Source of the DNA: Orbicella franksi
Lineage: Eukaryota
Direction of reading: 5' to 3'
Length of the DNA stretch: 64,000 nucleotides
NCBI GenBank assembly: GCA_964199315.1
Contig: OZ116702.1
Span: forward strand, 5,766,001 to 5,830,000
Below the pieces are notes generated by a model, which saw only the letters and a program-made list of their open reading frames with translations, ran no database searches and was not told the origin of the DNA. Below, one piece after another: positions 63,370 through 64,000 of this stretch (position 1 is the stretch's first letter; every line of letters begins with the position of its first letter). The translations under genes were made by a program, and so were the position numbers.

Positions 63370-64000
63370 CTGAAACAAAAAGAGTACTTACGTGAAGATA
63401 TGCACCACTTTGTCATCAGTATGATAATTTTTTTCGCCTCGAGCAAAAGACATTTCGTGATTCTTTTCTTGTGTGTTTGTATTATATTTTTGGATCTAGT
63501 GTTGGAAACAATAAAACAACACAAAGACAGCTACTTAAATTATTTCACGGGTCACAACCCACGAGAAATGTTCTTTAAATTTTTTTTGAATCGACCTAAA
63601 ATTTCTCCTCCCAACACTATTAATGATATTATTCTGACGGTGTAAAAACAAGCTCTGTGAAGTGAAATTGCAAAAAAAAAAAAAAACAGCTGATGACCAT
63701 CTTAAGGCACCTCGAGGTTGACAGGGTTAAGTGGCCAAATTTTGCCACTATTTACCTGACTTCCGGAATTTCCTGCTTAAGAATAGCGGTGAACTATGTT
63801 CCCTTCTCTCTAGAAAACCCGGTTAAATTGTTCCAGTTTATTTTCTGCTCGCAACAGTTCATTGCATAATTACATCACCACGTGCTTCAAAAATGGTCAG
63901 TTCAGCAATTTTTAAATTTATGATTGTCTCCCTGCAATACTTGCAAGGGAATTTCCCTGATTCCCTAAAACAACGATTACAAGCTCATTTCCTGCGCAAG

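Noticed and set aside
63370-63391. 22-nt GT-AG intron in FGF C
   Set aside because: It is too short for typical spliceosomal removal, and removing it does not restore the FGF frame.

Overview
Eukaryotic, intron-rich animal DNA. It is most likely from an anthozoan (stony coral-like), which is an inference from the repeat landscape and the divergent FGF types. Left to right: (1) the first three exons of an EAG-superfamily, ERG-like KCNH K+ channel on the minus strand, running off the left edge; (2) a complete 15-exon WDR12 gene on the plus strand, head-to-head with KCNH; (3) a complete but only 4-exon lysosomal alpha-mannosidase (MAN2B1-like, about 1001 aa) on the minus strand, convergent with WDR12; (4) a 182-N gap, then a second, diverged but intact copy of mannosidase exon 1 (signal peptide plus GH38 catalytic domain). 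This copy has its own CLEAR-like promoter motifs and an in-phase donor but no visible downstream exons; (5) a cluster of three divergent FGF genes (+,+,-). Two have a signal peptide and a furin-type site, one apparently lacks a signal peptide, and all lack the canonical FGF cysteine. The non-coding DNA is dense in MITEs (a TAG...CTA hairpin family with 9-bp TSDs, Harbinger-like elements with MADF remnants, Tc1/pogo-like and piggyBac-like elements), tRNA-derived SINEs and a LINE fragment. The best candidate for an undescribed system is one mannosidase locus with two alternative promoters/first exons that swap the catalytic domain. The gap means a hidden full paralogue cannot be excluded. All exon calls were made by hand from splice signals and reading-frame continuity; no database search was run.
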